From Candidatus Uhrbacteria bacterium (GTDB lineage Bacteria; Patescibacteriota; Patescibacteriia; GWA2-47-26): 64,000 nt of DNA. The notes under the pieces were generated by a model. The model saw only the letters and a list, made by a program, of their open reading frames with translations. It did not search any database and was not told where the DNA came from. Location: contig JACPJN010000009.1 of assembly GCA_016187515.1 (NCBI GenBank), positions 4,891 through 68,890 on the forward strand, given 5' to 3'. Position numbers and translations under genes: made by a program. Positions within the stretch are counted from its first letter, which is position 1. Each line of letters opens with the position of its first letter. Below are positions 39,145-48,840 of this stretch, one piece after another.

Positions 39145-41052
39145 TCACTCCCGCCGAGGCGCAATATCCACCGGGGAGTTAAAGCTACCGGGCTCCACCA
39201 CCGCTTTTATCCGCCGCAGTCCCACTCCCAATGCTTCTTCCTTAGCCACCCGCACCTGTCCGATAATCCCGGTACGCGCCACGTGCGGCCCGCCGCAGAT
39301 CTCCTGGCTAAAAGTCGGGGCCTGCGGGTCGGCGCTGGCGGCCTGGTCCGGATCGCCAATGGAATACACCTTGACGACTTCGTCATAACGCTCCGGAAAA
39401 AATCCGATCACGTTTTTCTTGTACGCCTCATCAACCGTCATCTCCTGCCAACTAACCGGATAATCTCGCGCGATCGCGGCGTTGATCAACTTCTCGATCT
39501 CCGCCAATTCCGTCTTCGTGATGGCCGTTGGATGCGTAAAATCAAAACGCAGCCGCTCCGGAGTAATGTTACTTCCGCTTTGTTTAACATGATCGCCAAG
39601 CACCCGCCGCAGCGCCGCGTGCAGCAAATGCGTAGCGGTGTGCCCCATAATAGTTTTATCGGATTGATCCGCCAGGCCCCCGTGAAATTTACGCGCGACT
39701 CCTTGACGGGAAATTGCCTGATGCTGTTTCTGCGCTTCTAAAAATCCTTCGCCATCCACCGCCAACCCTTTTTCGCGCGCAAGCTCCTGGGTCATCTCCA
39801 AGGGAAAGCCATAACTCTGGTACAAATCAAACGCGTCCTTCGCTGAAATAACTCCCCCTCTTAAGTTAAGAGGGGGCCGGGGGGAGTTATGTTCAACCAT
39901 CCCCTCAAACACCTTCAGCCCCCTTATCAGCGTCTTTCTAAACTTGTCCTCTTCTTTTTTCATCGCCTCGACAATCAATCCCTGACTTTCCGCAAGATTG
40001 GGATACGCGCCGCGATAGGCCTCCACCACCGACCGCGCCACTTCCTCGCAAAATTGATCTTTTATTCCAAGCACATGCGCATAGCGGATCGCGCGCCGCA
40101 TTAACCGGCGGGTAAAGTATCCTTGCTCCTTATTTGACGGATGCGCGCCGTCGGCGATAAGGAAGGTGGCCGCGCGTAAATGATCCATAATCACGCGGAA
40201 TGCTTTGTTGACTTCCTCGGACTGCCCATATTTTTTGCGGCTGACCCTCTCCAGAGTCGCGCGCAGCGGATCAAAAATATCAATCCTAAAAATATCCGGA
40301 TTATCCAAGACCGCGGCCATCATCCGCTCCAGTCCTCCGCCAAAATCCACGTTCTTGCGCGGAAGCGGCGCAAACCCGTCCGCGACTTTACGATATTCCA
40401 TAAACACGCTGTTGGCAATTTCCAAAAACCGGCCGCAATCGCAGTTGGGGTGACACTTATCTCCAAACTTTGGATCGTGTTGCACTTGCGTAAACTCATA
40501 GAACACCTCGGAATCCGGACCGCCCGGCTCTCCGGATGGCATCTTCTCCGGCTCTCCGGCGCGGCTCCACCAATTATTTTTTGAGCCATAAAAAAGAATC
40601 CGCTCCTTTGAAAATCCAAGATTCTCCCAAATTTTTGCCGATTCGGTGTCTTTCGGGAGGTTATGCGCCGGATCACCTTCAAAACAAGTCACCCACAAGC
40701 GCTCCCGCGGGATCCCCAATTCTTTAGTGAGAAACTCAAAAAGCCACGGGAGCTGTTCGCGCTTGAAGTAGTCGCCCAGGGACCAATTTCCCAGCATTTC
40801 AAAAAAGGTGGTGTGCCGGTTATCCCCCACCTCTTCAATATCCTGGGTGCGGAAACATTTTTGGCTGTCGGCCAGGCGTTTTCCTTTGGGATGCGTTTCG
40901 CCCAAAAGATACGGAATCATGGGCTGCATGCCGGAGCCGGTAAACAAGGTCGTCGGATCGTTTTCCGGCAGAAGCGAAGAGGACGGCACGATGATATGCC
41001 CGCGCGCCGCGAAAAAATCCAGATATTTTTGACGAAGTTCCGCAGTAGTCAT
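39145..41052 (-). CDS. alaS: Alanyl-tRNA synthetase, short form (635 aa; lacks the C-Ala domain) with an in-frame palindrome
   Basis: Class II catalytic core plus editing-domain motif HTATHLLHAALRRVLG. Repeat 39848-39891 encodes VEHNSPRPPLNLRGGV. Confidence 0.85.
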   Translation of the reverse strand: MTTAELRQKYLDFFAARGHIIVPSSSLLPENDPTTLFTGSGMQPMIPYLLGETHPKGKRLADSQKCFRTQDIEEVGDNRHTTFFEMLGNWSLGDYFKREQLPWLFEFLTKELGIPRERLWVTCFEGDPAHNLPKDTESAKIWENLGFSKERILFYGSKNNWWSRAGEPEKMPSGEPGGPDSEVFYEFTQVQHDPKFGDKCHPNCDCGRFLEIANSVFMEYRKVADGFAPLPRKNVDFGGGLERMMAAVLDNPDIFRIDIFDPLRATLERVSRKKYGQSEEVNKAFRVIMDHLRAATFLIADGAHPSNKEQGYFTRRLMRRAIRYAHVLGIKDQFCEEVARSVVEAYRGAYPNLAESQGLIVEAMKKEEDKFRKTLIRGLKVFEGMVEHNSPRPPLNLRGGVISAKDAFDLYQSYGFPLEMTQELAREKGLAVDGEGFLEAQKQHQAISRQGVARKFHGGLADQSDKTIMGHTATHLLHAALRRVLGDHVKQSGSNITPERLRFDFTHPTAITKTELAEIEKLINAAIARDYPVSWQEMTVDEAYKKNVIGFFPERYDEVVKVYSIGDPDQAASADPQAPTFSQEICGGPHVARTGIIGQVRVAKEEALGVGLRRIKAVVEPGSFNSPVDIAPRRE

Positions 41053-41079
41053 AATGTTTGAGAAATCCCAAATCCCAAA

Positions 41080-42495
41080 TTACAAATAAATCCTAAATTT
41101 CAAATCCCAAACTTTTGTAATTTGTGTTTTGGTGCTTGGAATTTCCTTGTGTTTTGGTGCTTGGAATTTGGAATTTGCGCGTGGCTCATTCAAAAGTCGC
41201 ACCGCATCTATTACTCCCCCGCCAACCACCCGCTCGCCCTCATAAAACACAATGGATTGTCCGGGGGCAACGGCGCGTTGAGGTTCAGCGAATGTAACTC
41301 GGCAAAAAGTTCCATACTTGGAACTATGGAACTTTTGTTCCATACTAGCATACTCGCTAATATGATAGTATTCTAAACTTGTCAATTGTGCACGATAGCG
41401 AGTACGTGCCATAAGGCGCGCGCCATCTGGTGGTCTCTCACCTATCCACCTGACACCTGACACCTGACACCTGAACGTGCGATATTTTTGCTCCTCTGAC
41501 TCATGCGCCACAATAAGCACATTGCGTGCCATGTCCTTTTCCACCACGAAATATGGCCCGGTACCGCCTAGTTTTGTGCCATGCCGCTGGCCAATCGTAA
41601 AATGCGCCAGGCCGTCGTGAAAGCCAAGTAACGTTCCATGGACATCAATGATGGGGCCGGTCTTTCGGACCCCTCCTAACCTCCCCTTGGTAAGGGGAGG
41701 AAATTGTTTGGCGATTTCTCCCCCTCCCCGAGGGGGAGTTAGAGGGGGTCCGTCCTCCACACCGTACAAAAACTCCTTCAACTCAATTTTCCCCAAAAAA
41801 CAAACGCCCTGGCTGTCTTTTTTATTCCAATTATGCAAGCCGAATTGGCGCGCGAGTGCCCGCACTTGCGGTTTGGTATACTCGCCAATTGGAAACAGCA
41901 CGTGCCTCAACTGCTCCTGCGTAAGTCGCCAGAGGAAATAGGATTGATCTTTGTTCTGATCGACCGCTGTGTACAATTGACATAACTCCCCCTCCCCCCC
42001 TCTTAACTTAAGAGGGGGTTCCGCTCGATCTCCTCCCCTTAAGATAAGGGGAGGTTGGGAGGGGTTATGAATCCTGGCATAATGTCCAGTGGCTACAAAG
42101 TCATACCCGGCTGCAAGAGCGCGCTCCAGTCCAACCCCGAATTTTATCTCCGAATTGCAAAGCACGTCCGGGTTCGGCGTCCGGCCGGCGGCATACTCGG
42201 AATAAAAATTCTGGAGCACCCGCGCCTTATATTCCGCTGTCACATCCCAAACCTGAAGCGGAATACCTAATTTTGCCGCCACCTGCGCCGCGTCCCGCAT
42301 CTCTTGCGCCCAACACGGATCGCCAATTCCGTGGTGTTCCGTCTCAAGTTCCGTGGTGTTCCGTGATTCATACAACTTCAAATACACCCCGGCCACCTCA
42401 TATCCTTGCGCACACAGAAGCGCCGCGGCTACCGAGGAATCCACCCCGCCGGACATCAGAGCTAAAACTTTCTTTTTGTAAACCCTATCGGTCAT
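41080..42495 (-). CDS. mnmA: tRNA-specific 2-thiouridylase MnmA, enlarged to 471 aa by three in-frame repeat insertions
   Basis: PP-loop SGGVDSS at the N-terminus. Inserts at 41981-42069 and 41671-41750 (PPLILRGG-like peptides) and 41305-41336 (KFHSSKYGTF). Confidence 0.8.
   Translation of the reverse strand: MTDRVYKKKVLALMSGGVDSSVAAALLCAQGYEVAGVYLKLYESRNTTELETEHHGIGDPCWAQEMRDAAQVAAKLGIPLQVWDVTAEYKARVLQNFYSEYAAGRTPNPDVLCNSEIKFGVGLERALAAGYDFVATGHYARIHNPSQPPLILRGGDRAEPPLKLRGGEGELCQLYTAVDQNKDQSYFLWRLTQEQLRHVLFPIGEYTKPQVRALARQFGLHNWNKKDSQGVCFLGKIELKEFLYGVEDGPPLTPPRGGGEIAKQFPPLTKGRLGGVRKTGPIIDVHGTLLGFHDGLAHFTIGQRHGTKLGGTGPYFVVEKDMARNVLIVAHESEEQKYRTFRCQVSGVRWIGERPPDGARLMARTRYRAQLTSLEYYHISEYASMEQKFHSSKYGTFCRVTFAEPQRAVAPGQSIVFYEGERVVGGGVIDAVRLLNEPRANSKFQAPKHKEIPSTKTQITKVWDLKFRIYL
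41305..41336. repeat. Family-2 palindrome AAAAGTTCCATACTTGGAACTATGGAACTTTT, in frame in mnmA
   Basis: 9-bp stem AGTTCCATA/TATGGAACT. Other copies at 7091-7123, 31766-31797 (in frame), 51625-51660 (in frame), 52749-52783, 53488-53522 and 57121-57156 (intergenic, with A-run/T-run flanks). Confidence 0.85.
41981..42069. repeat. Family-1 double element (D-type CATAACTCCCCCTC...TTAAGAGGGGG plus A-type), in frame in mnmA
   Basis: Shares TTATG/CATAA termini with the other copies. Confidence 0.8.
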
Positions 42496-42598
42496 ATAAG
42501 TCCTATACGACCCATTCTAACAAATTCTTCAAAAAAAGAAAAGAGGTGCGCGGATACGGTTCTCACCGTATCCGCGCACCCCGTAAGGTGCTCTCTCG

Positions 42599-44317
42599 CT
42601 AGCGGCCGTTCCGGGCCGCCCGCTTGGCCGCATCCTTGGCGGCCTTCTTCTCCTCGCTGGTCATTCCGCCCCCACCCTTCTTGTCCTCCGCCGGCTTGAC
42701 GCGCGAATTCGAATTCCGCACGTTCGCCCTGGCCGCCGCGATTTTGCGCTCCGTGTTGCGGCCCCTCTTCTTGCACCGACCGCAGATTCCCGCCGCGATC
42801 GCGGCCAAACCGGCCTCGTCCGTGGCCGCCATGTTGAGCGGCGCGCCACCATTGCTTCGCGCGTAGAGCTGGCCCACCTTGCATCCGCATTCCGCGCAAG
42901 GCCTGCCCCGCTCCTCCCGCTCCGCGGTCCCGTTCCGCTTGGTCCCCTTCATCCGCTCCTGCCAGGCCTGGGGCCAATGGGCCGTGTAGTGCTGAATCAC
43001 CTGCCCGCGGAACCACGCCAGCGACTTGGCCAGCGCGCCGTGCATCAGGCAGTCCTTGGCCGCCTTCTTGGCCTGCTTGTTTCCCTCGGTTCCGTGGCGC
43101 AGGGCGTCTTCGTCGCTCACTCCCTCGGGCTTGTGGTCGCGAAGGAGCTGCGACCACGGCCCTCCGGTCTCATCCAGCGCCTTGTCACAGGCAAAGTGGT
43201 CCGGAAAATCCGCAACCGCGAAATTCAGGTCCGCCCGGGGATGGGGCGCGCCCGAAACCTCGGGTCGGGCATTGCAGGCCACCTGGATGCCGCCGGAACG
43301 AACCGACTCGCCAGAGCTGGCCGGCGCCGCGGTCGTCCGGACCGGCGCCGCGGAGGAGGCCGGCATTGCGGGACCCACCGGCGGGGCCTTGTATCCCAGC
43401 TTGGCCAGAAACTCGTCCAGCGTGGCCTTGGCCGCGCGCCGCTTGGCCTCCGCCGCCTCCTTCGCCGCCTCCGCCGCCTCCTTGGTCTTCTGCTCCTCGG
43501 CGCGCCTAAGCGCGGCCTCGGCCTCATTGACGTGCCGAAGCGCGCGCGCAAACTGCGCGTTCTGGAGCGCCGCAGTGTCCTTGTCCAAGTCCCCCTGCGT
43601 CACGAACTCCTTGATCCGGTTCTGGGCCTGCAGCACAGTGGCCCGGGCCTCGTCCAACTCCGCCTGGGTCTTGCCCAAGAAGAGGTTGTTCGGATCCGGC
43701 TCGCTCGCGGTTTCCTCCGCACTATCATCACGATCCTCGCCATCCGTGCGCGCGCCATCCGTGCCGATACCGGCCGCCGGCGCCGCCTCCTTGGCCTTGG
43801 CCTTCTCGGCTTCCTGGCCCGCCTTCCGAGCCGCGACCCAGGTGCGATGCCGCGACGCCCACTCGCGCGTTTTTTCCAGACGCTCAGCGCGGGAGGTCAT
43901 TTCTTCTTCCGCCCCGCGCTTGCGCCAATCCTCTTCCCCATCCTCCGCGGTCTGCTCGGCCACGTCGCCGTCGCGCACTTCGGCGTTTCGCAAGGTGCGC
44001 GACAAGTAGTACCACTGGCACCTCTTGCCCCCCGTCTTGTCCGAGTCCGCGCCGGCGTCAAAATCGAGACGCAAACGCGAGAGCACGGCCTTGCCATGCG
44101 CGTGGCAGAAAACCAAGGGACCGATCGTTGCCATCGGGTCCTTGCCATGCTCCGGCTGGCCCGCGACCGCACAGTCCTGGATGGCGCAAAAGTACGCGCC
44201 GCCTTCGTCCTGGTACTGGTAAAGCGCGAGCTGGTCCCGGGTGGGCAACTTTGCCCAAAGCGCGCCCCGCGCCAAAAGCGCGGCCGCGTCGTCTTCGGAA
44301 AACTTCGTCGGGGTCAT
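42599..44317 (-). CDS. Hypothetical 572-aa protein on a 68%-GC island (coiled-coil middle, C-terminal CxxC/CxxC zinc-finger region)
   Basis: Consistent GC3 codon bias with Lys/Glu content. RBS AAGGAGG inside a CCACCT/AGGTGG hairpin. Own promoter at 44413-44441. No family assigned. Confidence 0.45.
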   Translation of the reverse strand: MTPTKFSEDDAAALLARGALWAKLPTRDQLALYQYQDEGGAYFCAIQDCAVAGQPEHGKDPMATIGPLVFCHAHGKAVLSRLRLDFDAGADSDKTGGKRCQWYYLSRTLRNAEVRDGDVAEQTAEDGEEDWRKRGAEEEMTSRAERLEKTREWASRHRTWVAARKAGQEAEKAKAKEAAPAAGIGTDGARTDGEDRDDSAEETASEPDPNNLFLGKTQAELDEARATVLQAQNRIKEFVTQGDLDKDTAALQNAQFARALRHVNEAEAALRRAEEQKTKEAAEAAKEAAEAKRRAAKATLDEFLAKLGYKAPPVGPAMPASSAAPVRTTAAPASSGESVRSGGIQVACNARPEVSGAPHPRADLNFAVADFPDHFACDKALDETGGPWSQLLRDHKPEGVSDEDALRHGTEGNKQAKKAAKDCLMHGALAKSLAWFRGQVIQHYTAHWPQAWQERMKGTKRNGTAEREERGRPCAECGCKVGQLYARSNGGAPLNMAATDEAGLAAIAAGICGRCKKRGRNTERKIAAARANVRNSNSRVKPAEDKKGGGGMTSEEKKAAKDAAKRAARNGR

Positions 44318-44412
44318 TGGCCACCTCCTTAGGTGGTTTTTTGTGCGGTGATGATGAAAAGTGCTTCAAAATCGGCGCACCGCATCCTTAAACGCCAATT
44401 CTGCATAAGTGC

Positions 44413-44441
44413 AGGATAACACAAAAAGACGGGTTTGTCAA
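44413..44441 (-). promoter_or_regulatory. Promoter CTTGACA-N17-TATCCT (minus strand) for the island gene 42599-44317
   Basis: Reverse complement reads CTTGACAAACCCGTCTTTTTGTGTTATCCT. Same architecture as the promoters at 28181 and 54332. Confidence 0.45.
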
Positions 44442-44486
44442 GCCCGGCAGTATGAAAATTCGATTTTAGGAACTACCCCGGTAAAA

Positions 44487-46367
44487 TCACTCAAAACTAA
44501 GGTCGGATTCCGCCGGAGTTGCCGGCGGCTGATGTTCTGGGGCGGAAGACGGAGCGCCGGGGCTTGGCGCTCTATTTTGTCCAATACTTAATCCGGCGCT
44601 TTGCTGTTCTTTTCTCCGGCGCCGGCGGCGCCGCCGCTTTTTAGCGCTATCTGACATTCCGGGCACAGTACTGGTAAGCGGCGCGGGGATTCCCGACGCT
44701 CCCCCGGGAGGGGGTAAGGGCGGCGCCGAGATAAGCGGACGCGGATGAATTGACGGGCCGGCCTTGAGCGGCATTGGCCTTTGCCGCAGCGCTTCGCTAA
44801 GCGAGATCGGCCGCACTTCCGGCGCTACTTTTGCGACCGGCATCGTCGCCGCAATTTCAATTCTCTCTTTTCCACCCCTGCGGTATGCCTCCTGGCGCTG
44901 CATCCGAGCAGCATCGGGAGCGCCCCGCACCAGAGCCACAGCGCCAGAGCGGAGCTCGGTACTGGGCGCAGCAAGCTCGGTGCGGGGCAGGTCTGCCGAG
45001 GACCCTTGCGGCTGCGAGGGTGCAGCGCCAGGGGGCATACCCATCTCCTCTTCCCCGCTATCCACGCCGCTCCAGCGCATCACTTTTTCCTCGATCACGG
45101 CGACCTCGGCCGCGTAGCGCTCGCGCGAGACGCGAATAATTTTATCGCGGTGGCCTTGAAACTGCGCGACCGGCGGCAAAGTGGTCGCGGAAAACGGATT
45201 GGAAGTAACTCCGTCAATCATGAGTTTTAGATAAATGTCGTATTTCGTGAGATTAACCATATCCTCCTCAATAAAATGCGGCGCGAATTCTTTGGCCACA
45301 AACTCCGCGTCCTCCGCGCCGATGCGGAAGATTACCATGGTGCCCACGTTGCCGAACACCGCGTCCCGAACTTTGGTTGAAATATCCGTAACCAGCTGTC
45401 CGATATATTGGTGCGCGACAATCAAATTCAGCCGGTATTTTCTGGCCTCCGACAAAATATTGGCAAATGATTCCGTGGCAAAATTCTGAAATTCGTCAAC
45501 ATAGAGATAAAAATCCCGGCGCTCCGTCTCGGGAATATCCACCCGCTCCATCGCCGCCAGCTGTATTTTGGTAATCAGCATTCCGCCCAACAGCCGCGAA
45601 GTATCTTCTCCCAGCCGCCCCTTTGCGAGATTCATGATAAAAATCTTGCCGCTATCCATAAACTCGCGGGGATTGATGGTGGATTTGACCTGCGCGACGA
45701 TATTGCGAATTACCGAGGCGGAAAGAAACTGCCCGACTTTATTTTGAATCGGCTGGATCGCTTCATTGCGAAAACGCGCTTCCCAAACCTGATATTCATC
45801 CACCCAAAAGGCCTTGACAATCGGGTCTTTGATCTTGGCCACCACGCGCTTGCGGAAATTCTTGTCCACGAGCAAGCGATTAATCCCCAGGAGTGTTGAA
45901 CCGGGAAAATCCAAAAGCGCCAAAATGCAGTTGTTCAAAATATGCTCCATGCGCGCGCTCCAGACGTCCGGCCAAATTTTCTTAAACACCCCCATGAGCC
46001 CTTGGGCCACCAAATGCTTGTGCAAGGGATTAACGGTCTCCAGCACATTAAACGCCACTGGGAAGTCCGCGTCGGCCGGATTAAAATACACGACATCATT
46101 AATGCGGTGCTGGGGAATGTAATCCAGCAATTTATCCGCCATATCGCCGTGCGGGTCCACCACCCCGACCCCATGGCCGGCGACAATATCGTTGATAATC
46201 AGATTCTCGAGCGCGGTGGTCTTGCCCATTCCGGTTTTCCCAATAAGATACATGTGCCGGCGGCGGTCATCGGTTTTAATGCCAAATTTCCGCTTTTGAT
46301 TGCGAAAATTAGTCATCGCAAAGCAATTGATCTCGTTCTCGTGATCGTGGTCGTAAGTAATCGGCAT
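44487..46367 (-). CDS. FtsK/HerA-superfamily ATPase of the VirD4/TraD/TraG (type IV coupling protein) type with a Pro/Ala/Ser-rich, Arg-run C-terminal tail
   Basis: Walker A LIGKTGMGKTT. VVDPHGD motif typical of TrwB/VirD4. Walker B LYVDEFQNF followed by RKYRLNLIVAHQ. No N-terminal TM. The tail coding region is high-GC. Confidence 0.55.
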   Translation of the reverse strand: MPITYDHDHENEINCFAMTNFRNQKRKFGIKTDDRRRHMYLIGKTGMGKTTALENLIINDIVAGHGVGVVDPHGDMADKLLDYIPQHRINDVVYFNPADADFPVAFNVLETVNPLHKHLVAQGLMGVFKKIWPDVWSARMEHILNNCILALLDFPGSTLLGINRLLVDKNFRKRVVAKIKDPIVKAFWVDEYQVWEARFRNEAIQPIQNKVGQFLSASVIRNIVAQVKSTINPREFMDSGKIFIMNLAKGRLGEDTSRLLGGMLITKIQLAAMERVDIPETERRDFYLYVDEFQNFATESFANILSEARKYRLNLIVAHQYIGQLVTDISTKVRDAVFGNVGTMVIFRIGAEDAEFVAKEFAPHFIEEDMVNLTKYDIYLKLMIDGVTSNPFSATTLPPVAQFQGHRDKIIRVSRERYAAEVAVIEEKVMRWSGVDSGEEEMGMPPGAAPSQPQGSSADLPRTELAAPSTELRSGAVALVRGAPDAARMQRQEAYRRGGKERIEIAATMPVAKVAPEVRPISLSEALRQRPMPLKAGPSIHPRPLISAPPLPPPGGASGIPAPLTSTVPGMSDSAKKRRRRRRRRKEQQSAGLSIGQNRAPSPGAPSSAPEHQPPATPAESDLSFE

Positions 46368-46461
46368 AGGTTGAAGTTATTAGTTATTGAGTTATTCAGT
46401 TATTGAGTAACTCATACTGATCCGCCATACTTAATAACCTAATAACTTAATAACACTTAAC

Positions 46462-47862
46462 TCATCCCACCGGCAGATTATCCGGCGTCTCTCCTCGGAC
46501 TTCGGACTGCGCGGCGCGGGGGCGGTGGTGCGGGGAGGCGGGACTGGGAAGTTCATAAGGGGGCTCGCCCCGTTTGCTTTCGGCTTTTTTAACCAGCGGC
46601 GTTTTTACCGATTCGGCAACCGGGAAATGCCAGATCGTCGCGAGTTCCTCGACATTCAGGATATAACCGCGCATTCCGCGCCAATTACTGCGGAATTTAT
46701 ACGCGCGCATCACTTTCACCTTGCGCCAATTCTTGCGCATCTCTTTCCAAAGATATTTCGTATGGGTACCAACTTTTTTCAGCTCGGGCTTAAGCGAATT
46801 CATGTCTTCGGTGTTCAACTGTTTTATCGCGCCAATCAGTCCATAAACCGCGCGCGGTTTGCTGAAAATCTCGTGGCGCGCCAGATATACGGCACGAATT
46901 TTAGTATGAAATCCAAGCTTGGCCGCTTTGTCCTCCAGCGCTTGGATAACTTCGCGCTCTCCCGGCGTAAGATAGAGCATCTTGGAGGGCAGCTCCTCTT
47001 TAATTTTCGCGGTGTGTTCCGGATTGCCGGGCAAAAACGCGTCAATAATCATTGCGCCGACATGCCCGGGAATCGTCAGCACTCGGTCCAGCACGCTCGG
47101 TTTGTGCTCGGAAGGTATTCCGGCCAGCTTCTCCACCACGCGATAACATTCCTCCTGCCAACTGCGCGACTTAATCGGGGTGATAATCAATTGCAGCCAC
47201 AACTGCTCTCCCTCCCGCAGCGAACTCATGGTCTCGAGCAGCGCGGCCATCGGATCTTTGTAAGTCGCCTCCTCGGAAGTTTCGTCATGAAAATCCTCCC
47301 AGGTGCGAATCGGATAAGCAAAATGTTTGGCCAAAATAAATTCCGTACCCCACATATCCCATTGCGCGTCGGGAAAATGCGTTGGCGCGTCTTTGGTATA
47401 ATCCTCCACTTCGGTAATTTCGGCCGCCGGATATTGCGCGTAAATCGCCGCTTCCGCCAAGTCGCGGTTCTTGATCGTCGAATACACAAAGAATCGAATA
47501 AAACCGTTGATGCTCGCGATCTCCAAACTGAAAAATGGTTGGGCGTGCCCGGTAAAGTATTTCTGAATAAAGTTGGCTGTGGTATGCGCGCCGGCCAGAT
47601 GCGCCATGATATTTTCCACGGCGCGAGGGGTCTGGATATTCTCGCGCGGCACATCCACCGCCAAAAGCACCCAACTCCACTCATTTTGCTTTTTCCTGGT
47701 AATGTGCAAAAGCCACCACCATTTGAATCCGATTAAGAGCGCGATCAAAATCACGATCCAGCCCCCGCGGATAAACATAAACCAAGCCACGGCCAAGGGG
47801 TTGCCGGCGGCCGCGGCGAGAAACTGCGTAAAATCAAGAGTTATGGGTCCGAGTTGCAACAT
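46462..47862 (-). CDS. Hypothetical membrane-anchored protein (two N-terminal TM helices plus a large soluble domain), operon partner of the VirD4-like ATPase
   Basis: Start set to MLQLGPITL, 26 nt after the secF stop. The track N-terminus overlaps secF. No family assigned. Confidence 0.4.
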   Translation of the reverse strand: MLQLGPITLDFTQFLAAAAGNPLAVAWFMFIRGGWIVILIALLIGFKWWWLLHITRKKQNEWSWVLLAVDVPRENIQTPRAVENIMAHLAGAHTTANFIQKYFTGHAQPFFSLEIASINGFIRFFVYSTIKNRDLAEAAIYAQYPAAEITEVEDYTKDAPTHFPDAQWDMWGTEFILAKHFAYPIRTWEDFHDETSEEATYKDPMAALLETMSSLREGEQLWLQLIITPIKSRSWQEECYRVVEKLAGIPSEHKPSVLDRVLTIPGHVGAMIIDAFLPGNPEHTAKIKEELPSKMLYLTPGEREVIQALEDKAAKLGFHTKIRAVYLARHEIFSKPRAVYGLIGAIKQLNTEDMNSLKPELKKVGTHTKYLWKEMRKNWRKVKVMRAYKFRSNWRGMRGYILNVEELATIWHFPVAESVKTPLVKKAESKRGEPPYELPSPASPHHRPRAAQSEVRGETPDNLPVG

Positions 47863-47887
47863 ACTGGATTGGACCAGTATACCACAC

Positions 47888-48778
47888 TTACCGCCGGTTC
47901 TGCCATCGGTACCACGTAACCAGTAGCGGCGCGGCAATAAATATCGAGGAATAGGTTCCAAAAAATATGCCGATAAGCAGCGCCAGCGAGAAATCACGCA
48001 GTGACGCGCCGCCAAAGAAGAAAATCGCGAGCAGAGCCATCATCGTCGTAGCCGAGGTGTTGACGGATCGGGTGATGGTTTGGTGCACGGATACTTCCAC
48101 CACTTCCTCAAAAGTGCCGCGCACCCGCTTGAGATTCTCGCGCACCCGATCCAGCACGACGATCGTATCGGCAATCGAATATCCTAAAATGGTGAGTATC
48201 GCCGCGATAAACGAACTCCCCACCTCCCAGCCCTTAAAATAACCCAACAGCGAAAACAATCCCAGCGGGATGATCACATCATGAAGAAACGCGACAATGA
48301 CAATCAAACCGTATTTCCAAGACGCAATCGGACGGCTTACTTTTCTAAATGACCAGGCCAGATACCCCAGAATCATGAGCGCAACCAGGAAAACCGCCAC
48401 CAGCGATTTCCGGAAAAGCTCTTTGCCCACGCTTGGCCCGATTGAACTAAAACGCGCCTCTTCCGCTCCGGGAAAATCCGCGCGAATTTTGCCGATAATT
48501 TCCTGGTGCTTTTCTTCCGTAACCGGCGCGAAACGCAAAACCAGGGTCTGGCCCTCGCCTTGTTGAACGGCCGGCGCGCCCACCGTAAGCGTTTCAAAAA
48601 GCGCGCCCAGCTCCTCGCGCGCCGACGGCGGATCATTTGCAAATTTCACTTCCAAAAGCGACCCGCCGGTAAAATCAATTCCGGGCTTGAGGCCCCAAAT
48701 CAACAGCGCCAAAAGGGAAAGCCCGACTAGCGCGCCGGATAAGCTGAACCAAATTTTCCGATTGGGGATTATTTGCAT
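47888..48778 (-). CDS. secF: Protein translocase subunit SecF
   Basis: SecF periplasmic domain and 6 TM. Follows secD. Confidence 0.85.
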   Translation of the reverse strand: MQIIPNRKIWFSLSGALVGLSLLALLIWGLKPGIDFTGGSLLEVKFANDPPSAREELGALFETLTVGAPAVQQGEGQTLVLRFAPVTEEKHQEIIGKIRADFPGAEEARFSSIGPSVGKELFRKSLVAVFLVALMILGYLAWSFRKVSRPIASWKYGLIVIVAFLHDVIIPLGLFSLLGYFKGWEVGSSFIAAILTILGYSIADTIVVLDRVRENLKRVRGTFEEVVEVSVHQTITRSVNTSATTMMALLAIFFFGGASLRDFSLALLIGIFFGTYSSIFIAAPLLVTWYRWQNRR

Positions 48779-48782
48779 ATTG

Positions 48783-48840
48783 AGTCGTCAGACATCAGTC
48801 CACAGTTCACTGTCGACTGTGAACTGATGTCTGTGAACTT
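48783..48840. repeat. Family-3 GTGAACTG-word palindrome between secF and secD
   Basis: CAGTTCACTGTCGACTGTGAACTG dyad centred on GTCGAC. Related copies at 4164-4198 (in frame in gltX), 37479-37529 (rpsD/rpsK spacer) and 60655-60730 (in frame in secA). Confidence 0.8.

Noticed and set aside
42492-44332. ORFs 42492-43157 (-), 42977-44332 (+) and 43026-44009 (+) on the high-GC island
   Set aside because: These are Arg/Gly/Ala-rich artefact frames overlapping the GC3-biased 572-aa minus-strand gene. They overlap mnmA and each other.
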